Positions 9,855 through 18,988 are shown, numbered from the stretch's first letter. The stretch: 64,000 nucleotides of DNA from Bacteroidales bacterium (GCA_900766825.1 CAAFWU010000017.1:112-64111), one strand, 5' to 3'. The notes: a model not told the origin generated them from the sequence alone. Translations and numbers: made by a program.

Positions 9855-11126
9855 TTAATAGAGCTTTGCAATGTTGAGTATTGAGATTGCCTTGTGCTCT
9901 GTGTCTTCAACCCATGTGCCATCGGGCTGTTGTTTTTCCACTTTGCATGTGGACCACACGCTCAATTGGTCATCATCCAGCACGTAGTCCACCACTGCAT
10001 TACCCTCCTGTTTGGTAATAACCACCTGAGCCATCATTAAGTCTCCAAGTTTATGAACGTTCTCGGGGGCTATGCCATTGTATAGTTTTGCGTCCCAAAC
10101 CTTTATGGGTTCGCCCTCTTTCACAATCTTGGTGGCGAAGCCTTTGGTATTGTATCTTGTGAAATAGTTCTCGTGCCAGTCGGCCGATGTTAAGTTGTAG
10201 ACAGAGTCCACACCTCCATCTGCATTGGGCACAGCACTAATTGTTTCTTCTGTGCAACCCTCTATATAGCAACACTTAATGTAGGTCTGGTGCCCTTTGT
10301 TGTCGTATTTATATGCTGACTCGTATGTATCATTCTGCTCATCAGTAGATTTTATTGTAGCTTGTGCCAATGTTTTGTTGGGGTGATAGGCAAAGGTTGT
10401 CTCCATCTTTTCATAGCCTTCGTATTTGTCGCCATACACTGGATCTATGTTCTCTATGTTAGCCAACTCTTTGGTTATCAAGTTTTGAGCATCGTAGGCA
10501 TATGTGGTGGTCACAGTTCTTATTATCCTACCCTCATTGTCGTAGTCCGTCATCACCTGTTTTGTGCGTCGTATGGTTCCGTTGTCTGTGGTCTCGGTGT
10601 AGTTTTTTATGTCGCAATAGTCCACCAATTCCCCGCGACTATTAGCCTTACAGTGATAGTTTCTGCCCATTGGCGAACCCTCTATGTTAGTTACCACCAT
10701 TTGGAAGTATATGTTGCCATCATCTTTATAGGCCGTGATTTTGCATTCTGGCTTAACCCCTTTCTTTTCGTCATTTTCCTGAGTGCCATTAGGGTATTCG
10801 CAAATAATTTCCTTGGCCCTATAGACTCCTACCCGAAGCTCGTTTAAAAAATTTACGTCTAAATTGTTGCCTTCAGTTTTGCTGAAGACGTAGCGAATGG
10901 CTTTGCCCGTAGAGCTATTTTCTGAGCCAATGTTCTCGTTACTATTGTGGTTATCTGCTATGGTACTGTCTGTTGCAGCCTCAGTATGAGCATTATCTGC
11001 GCCTTCCAGAGTCCCACTCTTAGTTCCATTGCCCCCACAGGAACATAGCCCCAAAATACCAAGTGCCGTAAGGCTAATTATAGTACTATGCGAGCCAAAG
11101 CTCATGAAGTTTATTCTGATGTGCAT
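9855..11126 (-). CDS. Lipoprotein, YD/RHS-like repeat paralogue 1 of 4
   Basis: 423 aa with lipobox LGLCS-C-GG. YD-like motifs are DYDNEGRII, YAYDAQNLI, YKYDNKGHQ and RYNTKGFA. It has the conserved GGVDSV motif and the C-terminal CKVEKQ..DGTW..D....ISILNIAKL module shared with the next three ORFs. Confidence 0.75.
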   Translation of the reverse strand: MHIRINFMSFGSHSTIISLTALGILGLCSCGGNGTKSGTLEGADNAHTEAATDSTIADNHNSNENIGSENSSTGKAIRYVFSKTEGNNLDVNFLNELRVGVYRAKEIICEYPNGTQENDEKKGVKPECKITAYKDDGNIYFQMVVTNIEGSPMGRNYHCKANSRGELVDYCDIKNYTETTDNGTIRRTKQVMTDYDNEGRIIRTVTTTYAYDAQNLITKELANIENIDPVYGDKYEGYEKMETTFAYHPNKTLAQATIKSTDEQNDTYESAYKYDNKGHQTYIKCCYIEGCTEETISAVPNADGGVDSVYNLTSADWHENYFTRYNTKGFATKIVKEGEPIKVWDAKLYNGIAPENVHKLGDLMMAQVVITKQEGNAVVDYVLDDDQLSVWSTCKVEKQQPDGTWVEDTEHKAISILNIAKLY

Positions 11127-11221
11127 AATTTTTTTTCGTTGTTAGGGTGTTAAAGAGGAGATGACGCCTATGCCCCACCTCCTCTTTATATTTGAACCCG
11201 TTATCTTGTTTCCCTTTCAGT

Positions 11222-12457
11222 TTATTGATTTAAAAGCTGTGCTATATTGAGCACCGAAATGTCTCGTCTGCTTGGGTCGGTCACCCACTCACCGTTCACT
11301 TGTTTCTCTACTTTGCATGTCACAAAGTGTTTCCATTGGTCACCTTCCAAGTAGAATTCGGTCACTATACCATTCTCTGTCACAGTCTTAATTATGTCCG
11401 TCATAATACCTTCATAATAAATATTCACTGTGCAGTTTTCGTTGTTTACATTATCGTAGGCACCCCAACGTTTCGTTTCGCTCAGGTTTTTGCCTTCGCC
11501 AAATAAAACAGCCCTCAAATTTCCATTGGCATCATATCTGTATCCCGATTGTCCAATGTAGTCTCCTGAAGTGAGTATTTCGACAGAGTCTACACCACCA
11601 ATATTATTTGCCTTAGCGGTGTATTCGGTTATGTCGCCCCCTTCGCCGTACAATCTGCTGCATTTTGTCAGATATCCTTTTTCGTTGTATTCGAATGTTG
11701 TTCCATATTCGTCAAATTCGCAATCAGTTATGTTTTTTACATCTGTTTTTGCAATCTTGCCGTTAGTATAGAATGAATTAATGGTCTCCACTCTTCTGAC
11801 GCCATCGTCCAAAGGTTCGCCCTCTATGGCTCTGATTTCTTTTGCCATTCTGCCTTGAGCATCGAATTCAAAGGTTATGGTTGTGGTTCTTATTTCTTCG
11901 CCTTTGTAATTGCACTCTTTTACCACAATCTTTTTGTCTCCTTTGGTGCCATAATATTGAACTTCGCCATTCGATATTTTGTTGCCGTTGTTCACTTCGC
12001 AGAATCTTTGGATGCGCAGCTCTGGCTGTTCTTTGATCGCATATCCTGCTATCTCTTTTTGGATGGTGTCATCTGTTGTGTAGCTAATTAAATGAAACAC
12101 AGCTATCTCCTTGTCATCGGCAACGGCAGAAGTGTTGGCGTTGGCAAATTCGCAAACAATTTTTTTGTTGTGCCATAATGTAAAGTCACTACCATCGTTG
12201 AACCAAGGGAAAGGCTTAAGAGTGAGCGTATTATGTTCATCTACAAAGTCGAAGACATAGCGGTATGGAACGTTGACCGAAGCATCTGGTTCTGTTTCTG
12301 TATTCTCGCTTGGTATGCTGTCTGTCACAACCTCACCATTGCCATCCGCTGCTCCATTGTTCTGACCTCCATTGTTCTGATCTCCATTGCCACCGCAAGA
12401 ACTCAGACACATGGTTAATGTCAAAGTCAGGAGGCTTATCTCTATTTCTTTTAGCAT
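11222..12457 (-). CDS. Lipoprotein, YD/RHS-like repeat paralogue 2 of 4
   Basis: 411 aa with lipobox CLSS-C-GG. Motifs are FEFDAQGRM, FEYNEKGYL, YRYDANGNL and GGVDSV. The C-terminus is CKVEKQVNGEW..D....ISVLNIAQL. Confidence 0.75.
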   Translation of the reverse strand: MLKEIEISLLTLTLTMCLSSCGGNGDQNNGGQNNGAADGNGEVVTDSIPSENTETEPDASVNVPYRYVFDFVDEHNTLTLKPFPWFNDGSDFTLWHNKKIVCEFANANTSAVADDKEIAVFHLISYTTDDTIQKEIAGYAIKEQPELRIQRFCEVNNGNKISNGEVQYYGTKGDKKIVVKECNYKGEEIRTTTITFEFDAQGRMAKEIRAIEGEPLDDGVRRVETINSFYTNGKIAKTDVKNITDCEFDEYGTTFEYNEKGYLTKCSRLYGEGGDITEYTAKANNIGGVDSVEILTSGDYIGQSGYRYDANGNLRAVLFGEGKNLSETKRWGAYDNVNNENCTVNIYYEGIMTDIIKTVTENGIVTEFYLEGDQWKHFVTCKVEKQVNGEWVTDPSRRDISVLNIAQLLNQ

Positions 12458-12520
12458 ATTATTAGTTTTAATGTGATGCTCTGTTATATAGTAAGAAAAG
12501 GGTAGGGGAGCCCGATATGC

Positions 12521-13795
12521 TTAGTAGCTGAATAGCTTGGTAATATCCAGAAACGATATGCCTTTGTGGCTGGGGTCGGCAACCCATTTGCCTTCGTCCC
12601 ATTTCTCCACCCTGCATTTGCTTAGCTCTTGCCAATTACCGTCGTTCAATACGTAGTCGGTCACAACACCATCGGCGTAGTCGGTTTTTATAATTTCGGC
12701 GTTTTCGTCATTGCTTGAGATGCGAATTCTTTGTACTTCATTGGCTGCATCGGGCACGGTCTTCCAACTTTTTGTAAACTCTGGTGGCATATCCCCTTCG
12801 CTTACGTTTATGCTCCTAATGAGACCATTGGCATCGTAGCTGCATGTGGTAATGTTTTCTATTGTGTTATCCCCACCGAAGTGAAATCTACTAGTTTTTA
12901 CACTGTCTACGCCTCCAAACTCGTTAGGCTTAGCCTCCATGTTAATCTCCACATTTTCGCTCGTGAAGTTTTGTAACATTCCCTTGTCGTTGTAGGTGTA
13001 GATGCCCTCCATGGTCCTCGACCCATCAAATGATGTTGCCCGCTCTGTGGCTTGGCTCAGCAATCCGTTGGGTCCATAGGTGCCTAGCCACTCTATTTTA
13101 CTTAGCTCGGAGTATTTGTCTTCGCCATAAGGCTGTTTGCTCTCTATGGTGGTTACCTCGCTCAGCCGTTCGCCTTGTGTACCGTAGGTGTACGTTGTGG
13201 TGCGAGTGCGCCAAATGGGTCCATCGGGCGAGTCCTCGTCAATATCCTCAACAACTTGTTTGAGCTTGCGGTTGTTTTCGTCAAGTGTGTAGTGCACAGT
13301 GCCATATGGCGTGGGGTGATCCTTGACGTACTCCTTGTCTTTAAACTCCACCGTCTTAAGTTCTGGGTTGTTCTCGGTGCTCCATTGCCTGATTTCGGTA
13401 ATTGTTTTGCCTTGTTTGCTGTACGCCGTTAACCTTCGTTCTGTAATCTGTTCTCCATTAGCCTCTTTGCCCTGCTCGCGACTTGGAAATTCGCATATAA
13501 TCTTTGTGCTGGAGTAGGTGGACTTTACGAAACAGTCGGAGTATAATACCGAAAAGGTTCGGTAGGGCGTTATGTCGAACACGAGTCGGTAGCTTGCGTT
13601 GCTATTCTCATGGCCGCCTACCTCCTCAATTGCCGTTATGTCTGTGTCGGTCTCTATTATGCTGTCGCTTGCCTCGCCCTCTGTGTTGTTGGCTGGCGAA
13701 CTCTTGCCTCCGCAGGCCGCAAGGGTTAATGAGGTTATTACTGTCAGTGCCCATGCGCCTTGGTTGCAGAGTTTATTTGCTTTTCTGCTGAACAT
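12521..13795 (-). CDS. Lipoprotein, YD/RHS-like repeat paralogue 3 of 4
   Basis: 424 aa with lipobox LTLAA-C-GG. Motifs are YTYGTQGERL, YTYNDKGML, SYDANGLI and GGVDSV. The C-terminus is CRVEKWDEGKW..D....ISFLDITKL. Confidence 0.75.
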   Translation of the reverse strand: MFSRKANKLCNQGAWALTVITSLTLAACGGKSSPANNTEGEASDSIIETDTDITAIEEVGGHENSNASYRLVFDITPYRTFSVLYSDCFVKSTYSSTKIICEFPSREQGKEANGEQITERRLTAYSKQGKTITEIRQWSTENNPELKTVEFKDKEYVKDHPTPYGTVHYTLDENNRKLKQVVEDIDEDSPDGPIWRTRTTTYTYGTQGERLSEVTTIESKQPYGEDKYSELSKIEWLGTYGPNGLLSQATERATSFDGSRTMEGIYTYNDKGMLQNFTSENVEINMEAKPNEFGGVDSVKTSRFHFGGDNTIENITTCSYDANGLIRSINVSEGDMPPEFTKSWKTVPDAANEVQRIRISSNDENAEIIKTDYADGVVTDYVLNDGNWQELSKCRVEKWDEGKWVADPSHKGISFLDITKLFSY

Positions 13796-13886
13796 TATGA
13801 GTCAGTTTTAAATATCAGTTATTGGGCAAATAGGGTGAGAGGGTGGGGGCGGAACTTGCCACTTTCCCTTTCATCCCATACTCTTT

Positions 13887-13930
13887 TCTCTTGTAAAACC
13901 TATTGGTTTCTCTTGTAAAACCTATTGGTT
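13887..13930. repeat. Perfect 22-bp tandem duplication (TCTCTTGTAAAACCTATTGGTT x2)
   Basis: Read directly at 13887-13908 and 13909-13930. The second copy runs into the stop codon (13929-13931) of paralogue 4. Confidence 0.9.
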
Positions 13931-15161
13931 AATTGCCCAATAATTTGGCAATGTCCAAAATGGATATAGCTCGTCTCATATTGTCGGCTTGCCATTGACC
14001 ATCAACTTTCTTCTCGGCTTGGCATGAGGTCCACTCTATCCATTGGTTGCCGTCGTACATATAGTAGTCGGCCAATGTGCCATTGGTGCCCATAACGGTT
14101 TTTGCCAATCCCTTCTCGGTGCCCTGACCCACAATGCGTATGTTGGTGTTGGCATCCAAATTGTCGGGCATGGCTGGCCACGTCATTTTGGTGCCGTCCA
14201 TCTTGTGCCCGTTGCATGTTTCGGCGGTCTCCACCATCCTTAGGTAGCCGCGTCCATCGAAGCGTTCGGTGCGTGTGCTCAGGCTCTCTATAACTTGGCT
14301 CGAGCGTATGGTGTCGGCTCCGCCCAAGTCGTTGGGTTCCACTTGAATCTCTTCGTTGAGTGTGGCATCTAAGGTCTCTACTCTTTGGCTCCTAAGGTGG
14401 CCATTCTCATCGTAGTTGTAGAGACCAGTGTATTCGGTGCCGTCCACATCGGTGCTCACGGTTCTGGTCTGTGAGATTTTGTCGTTGGGATAGAAACGGT
14501 TTTCGGTCACAATCTTGCAAATGTAGCCGTGCTGGTCGGTGTACTCCTCTTTCTCCATTCGGCCGTTGGCGTCGTAGGTGTAGGTGCTCATCTGTAGGTT
14601 GCTCAACTGACCGTTGTCATCAAACTCTCGGCACTCTCTTTTTACCACGCGGTTGCTCTCCTCGCTCTCGTAGGTTATCACAACATCGAATAGGGTTTCC
14701 AAGCCCTCGATGTTGGTGTAGTACTTAAATACTTTCTGCGCAGCGTTGCTCTCGTTTGCCACTTGGGTCACGCGAACCATTATGTCGCCATTGGGTTTTG
14801 TGGCAACCATTTGCGACTCAATCTGTTGACCCGCTTCGGTCTTGGCTTCGGGGTCGTTCTTTAACGACTCCCAAACCAGTTTGTTGCACTCTGTGATGTT
14901 GGTGTTCTTGGGGTCGCCGAGCCAAATTCCGTTTATGCCATTGCTCTTGATGTTGAACACAAAGCGGTAAGGGGCTTTTACGGCTTGCTGCATTACATCT
15001 TGCGCAATCTCTTGGGCAGTTGCTAACACTGTGCTGTCTACAGTTTCGCTGCTCTCTGTTTGGTTCTGAGAAGTTTGACCTCCACATGCGCTAAGGCTCA
15101 AGGCTGTCAGCATAGCCGAAATGGTCATTGCGCAATTCTTTGCGCTGTAATGATTTTTCAT
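13929..15161 (-). CDS. Lipoprotein, YD/RHS-like repeat paralogue 4 of 4
   Basis: The ORF track gives 13929..15257. I prefer the start at MKNHYSAKNCAMTISAMLTALSLSA-C-GG (15161). Motifs are FDDNGQL, YTYDANGRM, YNYDENGHL, RFDGRGYL and GGADTI. The C-terminus is CQAEKKVDGQW..D....ISILDIAKL. Confidence 0.75.
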   Translation of the reverse strand: MKNHYSAKNCAMTISAMLTALSLSACGGQTSQNQTESSETVDSTVLATAQEIAQDVMQQAVKAPYRFVFNIKSNGINGIWLGDPKNTNITECNKLVWESLKNDPEAKTEAGQQIESQMVATKPNGDIMVRVTQVANESNAAQKVFKYYTNIEGLETLFDVVITYESEESNRVVKRECREFDDNGQLSNLQMSTYTYDANGRMEKEEYTDQHGYICKIVTENRFYPNDKISQTRTVSTDVDGTEYTGLYNYDENGHLRSQRVETLDATLNEEIQVEPNDLGGADTIRSSQVIESLSTRTERFDGRGYLRMVETAETCNGHKMDGTKMTWPAMPDNLDANTNIRIVGQGTEKGLAKTVMGTNGTLADYYMYDGNQWIEWTSCQAEKKVDGQWQADNMRRAISILDIAKLLGN

Positions 15162-15282
15162 ATGTTTGCTTTTGGTAAAGTTTTGTTTTTTTTGGGGGGG
15201 GATATTGATTGCCCGATCCCGAGCAAGCTTGAAGACAAAATGCCAAAGGCAACACAAATGATATGTAGTCAGTCTTTTTCAT
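15091..15282 (-). pseudogene. Orphan lipoprotein 5' module (signal peptide MKKTDYISFVLPLAFCLQA-C-SGSGNQ) running out of frame into paralogue 4
   Basis: The ATG is at 15282. The first 26 aa are homologous to the N-terminus of the truncated paralogue at 21501 (MKQIAYIIFALPLALQS-C-SGSSNQ). After the C8A8 tract the frame carries no family motifs and overlaps gene 4. Confidence 0.5.
15186..15201 (-). repeat. Homopolymer pair C8A8 (T8G8 on + strand) upstream of paralogue 4
   Basis: Counted directly: T at 15186-15193 and G at 15194-15201. It lies inside the short upstream signal-peptide ORF and 25 nt upstream of the 15161 ATG. Confidence 0.95.
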
Positions 15283-15447
15283 AAAGTTTATTTTTCCATT
15301 TCTGCTAAATTCTGCATTTTTCTCAGCATTCTTTATTACTAAACGTACTTTTCTGTGTCGCAAAACGTACTTTCGGAATCTCTATTGTGAAAAATAATGA
15401 CAGAAAATACAAAAGCGCACTCTTCATCGACGATGTGGGGTGCGCAT
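15207..15447. repeat. Copy A of an imperfect ~240-bp direct repeat (terminator + promoter/leader + signal-peptide start)
   Basis: Aligned by eye to 21431-21688. A near-identical core runs 15285-15375 versus 21505-21596. The flanks are diverged but collinear, including the hairpin GCGCAC...GTGCGC plus a T-run on the minus strand (15402-15445). Confidence 0.8.
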
Positions 15448-15754
15448 TTTCTTTCTATGTGCAACGTATCTTTGGCTATTTTGGGGGGATGTTCTTAATA
15501 AGTCAACTTTTTCTAGTATAAGACAGTGACGAAGGAGCCACACCTAACCAGACTGCGTTTCGTGGAGTTGGTTCTGTTGGGCGTGCCTCATTTAGTGCCA
15601 GACTTTAGGCAAGGATCTAAATGAGCCTAATTTTGGAGGCTTGAAGGCCGAAAATACCCAAGATTAACAAACTTTATAAAGATTGTTTGGGAGCATCACG
15701 TGATTTACGGATTTATTTATTACCTTTTCGCCAAAGTTAAAACAATTTGAAAAT

Positions 15755-15964
15755 ATGGCTCAACTAAATCGAATAAAACTGGCTCTTGTTGAACAAGGGA
15801 AAACAGGAAGGTGGCTTGCTTTAGAATTAGGAAAGTCAGCTTGCACTGTCAGTAAATGGTGTAGCAACGTTGCTCAACCAGATTTGAAGACTTTAGCGCA
15901 GATTGCTCAGTGTCTCAACGTGAAAGTTGCCGATTTGATTAGAGAACCACAGGCAAATGAATAA
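15755..15964 (+). CDS. XRE-family HTH protein, probable R-M controller (C) protein
   Basis: 69 aa with the HTH_3-like sequence (LALELGKSACTVSKWCSNVAQPDLKTLAQIAQCLNV). Its stop is 3 nt before the R-M gene start. Confidence 0.75.
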   Translation: MAQLNRIKLALVEQGKTGRWLALELGKSACTVSKWCSNVAQPDLKTLAQIAQCLNVKVADLIREPQANE

Positions 15965-15967
15965 ACC

Positions 15968-18900
15968 ATGGTAAAAGATAATTTAAGACTTCTTGTAGAA
16001 AGATTCCAAGAAGCAAAAAATAATGGGCAGCTTCAAGGCTCGTCTGAGGCGACAATGAGAACATGGATTGATGAATTACTTTCCGTGTTTGGTTGGGATG
16101 TGCAGAATACCCAACAGGTACTTACTGAACATTCCCTTGGTAAGGAAGAAAAAAAGAAGCTCCAAGAAATAGGTTCTACAAACACCCGACCCGATTATAC
16201 ACTGGTTAATGGTAGGGTAATGCTTGCATTTGTAGATGCCAAAAGTCTCGCGGTCAACATAGAGAATGACAAAGACGTTGCATTCCAAATACGTTCCTAT
16301 GGCTGGTCCATAGGTGCTCCTTTTTCGATTGTAACAAATTTTGAGCAAATTGCAATATACGACTGTTCAACTATGCCTTATGTAACTGATGAAGCCAGTT
16401 ATTCAAGACATTACTATTTTACTGTCGATCAATTTGTTGAGTATTTTGAGATTCTGAACACTTTTTTATCCCGAGTTAATGTTATCTCTAGAAAAGTTAA
16501 ATTTATTGCACAGGGAGGAAATACTCTTGACGAAAAGTTCTCTTTTCTTCTAGGTTCTATACGTAAAAATATTGCTAAAGCCATCCTTGATAGTAACGAT
16601 ATAAATGGTGTGGACTTACTGAGCTATTATGTGCAAACTATCATAAATCGAATCCTCTTCATCCGTGTATGTGAATCCAGAGGACTTGAAGAAGAAGGAC
16701 TTCTTAATAAATTCTGTGAAACAGATTTTTGGTCAGAATTCAAAAATAGCTCATATATCGAGTTCTACGATCATTACGATGGACCTATGTTCAAAAAGAT
16801 TCCTCCACTCCAAAGCCTCTCAATTAACAATGAAGCTTTGGTAGAATTCGTTAGGAATCTCTACTATCCCTCACCATACAGATTTGATGTGATACCTCTC
16901 AAGACTTTAAGTGATATTTATGACCTTTTCCTTGGTTACCAATTGGTTGCTAAGAATGGAGAAGTGACAGATGAATTAAAGTCGGAGTTCAAAAAAAGCA
17001 ATGGTGCAGTTACAACACCATTTGCTTTGGTTAATCAGGTTATAGAATCGACTATGCCTCAAACAGAGATACAAAGACTCCCTTTGGATGACATTCTCGA
17101 CCTTAGAATTATTGATATTGCCTGTGGAAGTGGAGTATTCCTCATAGGAACATATGACTTTTTAGTCAATGTTATAGAGCAAAAGATAGCATTTGGCGAC
17201 AATATACCCCAAAGTTACTTTGTTATTATTGACGGCAAAGCTAAACTTACTGTTGAAGGTCGAAAAGCAATCATCAACAATTGCATTTATGGTGTTGATA
17301 TAAATCCAGAAGCTGTTGAAGTAGCAAAATTATCTCTTTCTTTGAAGCTTGTGGATGATTATGCTCCAAAAGATTTTGGCTCCGTAGGGCTCTTGGGGTC
17401 ACAGATTCTTAAAGGTATTGGTTCTAATATTAAATGCGGCAATTCCCTCGTTGGATCTGATATTGAAGAAGTATGTCCTTGGATTTCAGAAAATATTGAC
17501 GAATTAAAAGCAACGAATGCCTTTGAATGGAGAACTTCATTTCCTGAAGTTTTTACTAAGGGCGGATTTGATTTTGTTGTAGGTAATCCTCCTTATGTCG
17601 AAGTAAAGAATTATAATGTAAATCTGCCTGCTATGGCAGACTATATCAAGAAGGTGTATGTCTCGAGCAAAAATGGAAAAATCGACCTGGCAATTCCTTT
17701 CATTGAAAAGGGAATCAAGTTACTCAATAGTACTGGACGTTTGGGTTACATTGTTCAAAAGCGCTTCTTTAAGGATCAATATGGAAAAGGTATTCGAAAG
17801 CTACTTACCAATGATAAGGAATATCTTTTGAATGGTATTTATGATTACGAAAAAACCGATCTTTTTGCAGGGCGAACTACATATGTAGCTGTATTGGTAT
17901 GCGACAAAAATTCTTCAAATAATAGCAATGTTTGGTATATGAATTCCTTGGATAGTAACAAGAATCAGTTGCTCTCGTCAAAATCCCTCTCTGACACTCC
18001 TTGGAATTTCGAAAGTGCTCAACTAAGTGCTATAAGAATGAGACTAACTGAAAATCTGGGAACACTTAAAGATATTTGCAATGTAAAGGTTGGTGTTCAG
18101 GTTTTGTGGAACAATGCATTCCAGATTGTTGCAGATAAGATAGAGAACGACTTGATTTATGGTCATTCTGCAATCGACAAAGAAATAATCGTTGAATACG
18201 ACTCATGTAAGCCATTACTTTGCAACGAACAATTTGCGCCTTTAACAAAGCGTGACTATAAAACCTTTGCTCTTTTCCCATATTCCGTGAGTGATGAAGG
18301 TGAAGTTACAGAGTTAACTATCAACGAATTTACTGAACTTTACCCTAAAGCAGGAGCGTATCTTGCAAAGCATAAGAGACTGATTTGTAGTAGTGTTGAG
18401 ACCTTACCTCAAAAGAATAAGGACTACAATATGGAGGAGCACTGGCACTTATTTACACGCGCAAACAACCATGGCGCTGTTTATCAGAAATTGTGCGTTC
18501 CAATGACTGCTCAATACCCCCAGGCTTCAGTAGTGCTTGACAAGCATGTTTATTGCGATAATGCAAACATGTTCTTTGTCCAGATTCCCAATATAGATGA
18601 GACTCATTTGTATGCTCTGGCAGGAATTATCAATTCAACAATATTTAATACGTTTGCAAGATCAATCGCAAATCCTCAAAGAGGCGGATATTACAAATTC
18701 AACAAACAGTTCTTGGATCCTGTCCCTGTGCCAAAACAGGCCTTTTGGGAATGCAACAAAGAAATAAAGAAGCTTGCAGAAATAGCAAAACGAATAGAAG
18801 AAACAAACGAGGAGATCCGCAATAGCGCATGGGGACAAACATCAGGCCTTGTGCTTTCCCTGAAAGGATTGTGGTGCCAACTTGACAATCTATGTATGAA

Positions 18901-18988
18901 GCTCTATGGCATCAAGAATATTGATGAAAAAGCATTACTAAACTCAATAGTACGTAACGATAGAAATCCATATGGACAAGAAAGTTAA
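15968..18988 (+). CDS. Type IIG restriction-modification enzyme (Eco57I-like: N-terminal PD-(D/E)XK nuclease, gamma-class N6-adenine MTase, TaqI-like specificity domain)
   Basis: 1006 aa. The nuclease motif is PD(75-76)...D-A-K(90-92) at nt 16190-16243. The SAM motif is IIDIACGSGVFL. The catalytic NPPY (FVVGNPPYVEV) is at nt 17585-17596. GC content is low. Confidence 0.8.
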   Translation: MVKDNLRLLVERFQEAKNNGQLQGSSEATMRTWIDELLSVFGWDVQNTQQVLTEHSLGKEEKKKLQEIGSTNTRPDYTLVNGRVMLAFVDAKSLAVNIENDKDVAFQIRSYGWSIGAPFSIVTNFEQIAIYDCSTMPYVTDEASYSRHYYFTVDQFVEYFEILNTFLSRVNVISRKVKFIAQGGNTLDEKFSFLLGSIRKNIAKAILDSNDINGVDLLSYYVQTIINRILFIRVCESRGLEEEGLLNKFCETDFWSEFKNSSYIEFYDHYDGPMFKKIPPLQSLSINNEALVEFVRNLYYPSPYRFDVIPLKTLSDIYDLFLGYQLVAKNGEVTDELKSEFKKSNGAVTTPFALVNQVIESTMPQTEIQRLPLDDILDLRIIDIACGSGVFLIGTYDFLVNVIEQKIAFGDNIPQSYFVIIDGKAKLTVEGRKAIINNCIYGVDINPEAVEVAKLSLSLKLVDDYAPKDFGSVGLLGSQILKGIGSNIKCGNSLVGSDIEEVCPWISENIDELKATNAFEWRTSFPEVFTKGGFDFVVGNPPYVEVKNYNVNLPAMADYIKKVYVSSKNGKIDLAIPFIEKGIKLLNSTGRLGYIVQKRFFKDQYGKGIRKLLTNDKEYLLNGIYDYEKTDLFAGRTTYVAVLVCDKNSSNNSNVWYMNSLDSNKNQLLSSKSLSDTPWNFESAQLSAIRMRLTENLGTLKDICNVKVGVQVLWNNAFQIVADKIENDLIYGHSAIDKEIIVEYDSCKPLLCNEQFAPLTKRDYKTFALFPYSVSDEGEVTELTINEFTELYPKAGAYLAKHKRLICSSVETLPQKNKDYNMEEHWHLFTRANNHGAVYQKLCVPMTAQYPQASVVLDKHVYCDNANMFFVQIPNIDETHLYALAGIINSTIFNTFARSIANPQRGGYYKFNKQFLDPVPVPKQAFWECNKEIKKLAEIAKRIEETNEEIRNSAWGQTSGLVLSLKGLWCQLDNLCMKLYGIKNIDEKALLNSIVRNDRNPYGQES

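Noticed and set aside
15162-15257. The longer ORF-track start (15257, MCCLWHFVFKLARDRAIN...) for paralogue 4.
   Set aside because: The extension has no signal-peptide character and spans the C8A8 tract. The MKNHY... start at 15161 gives a canonical lipoprotein signal peptide. The upstream frame is relevant only in the -1 slippage scenario reported as a finding.
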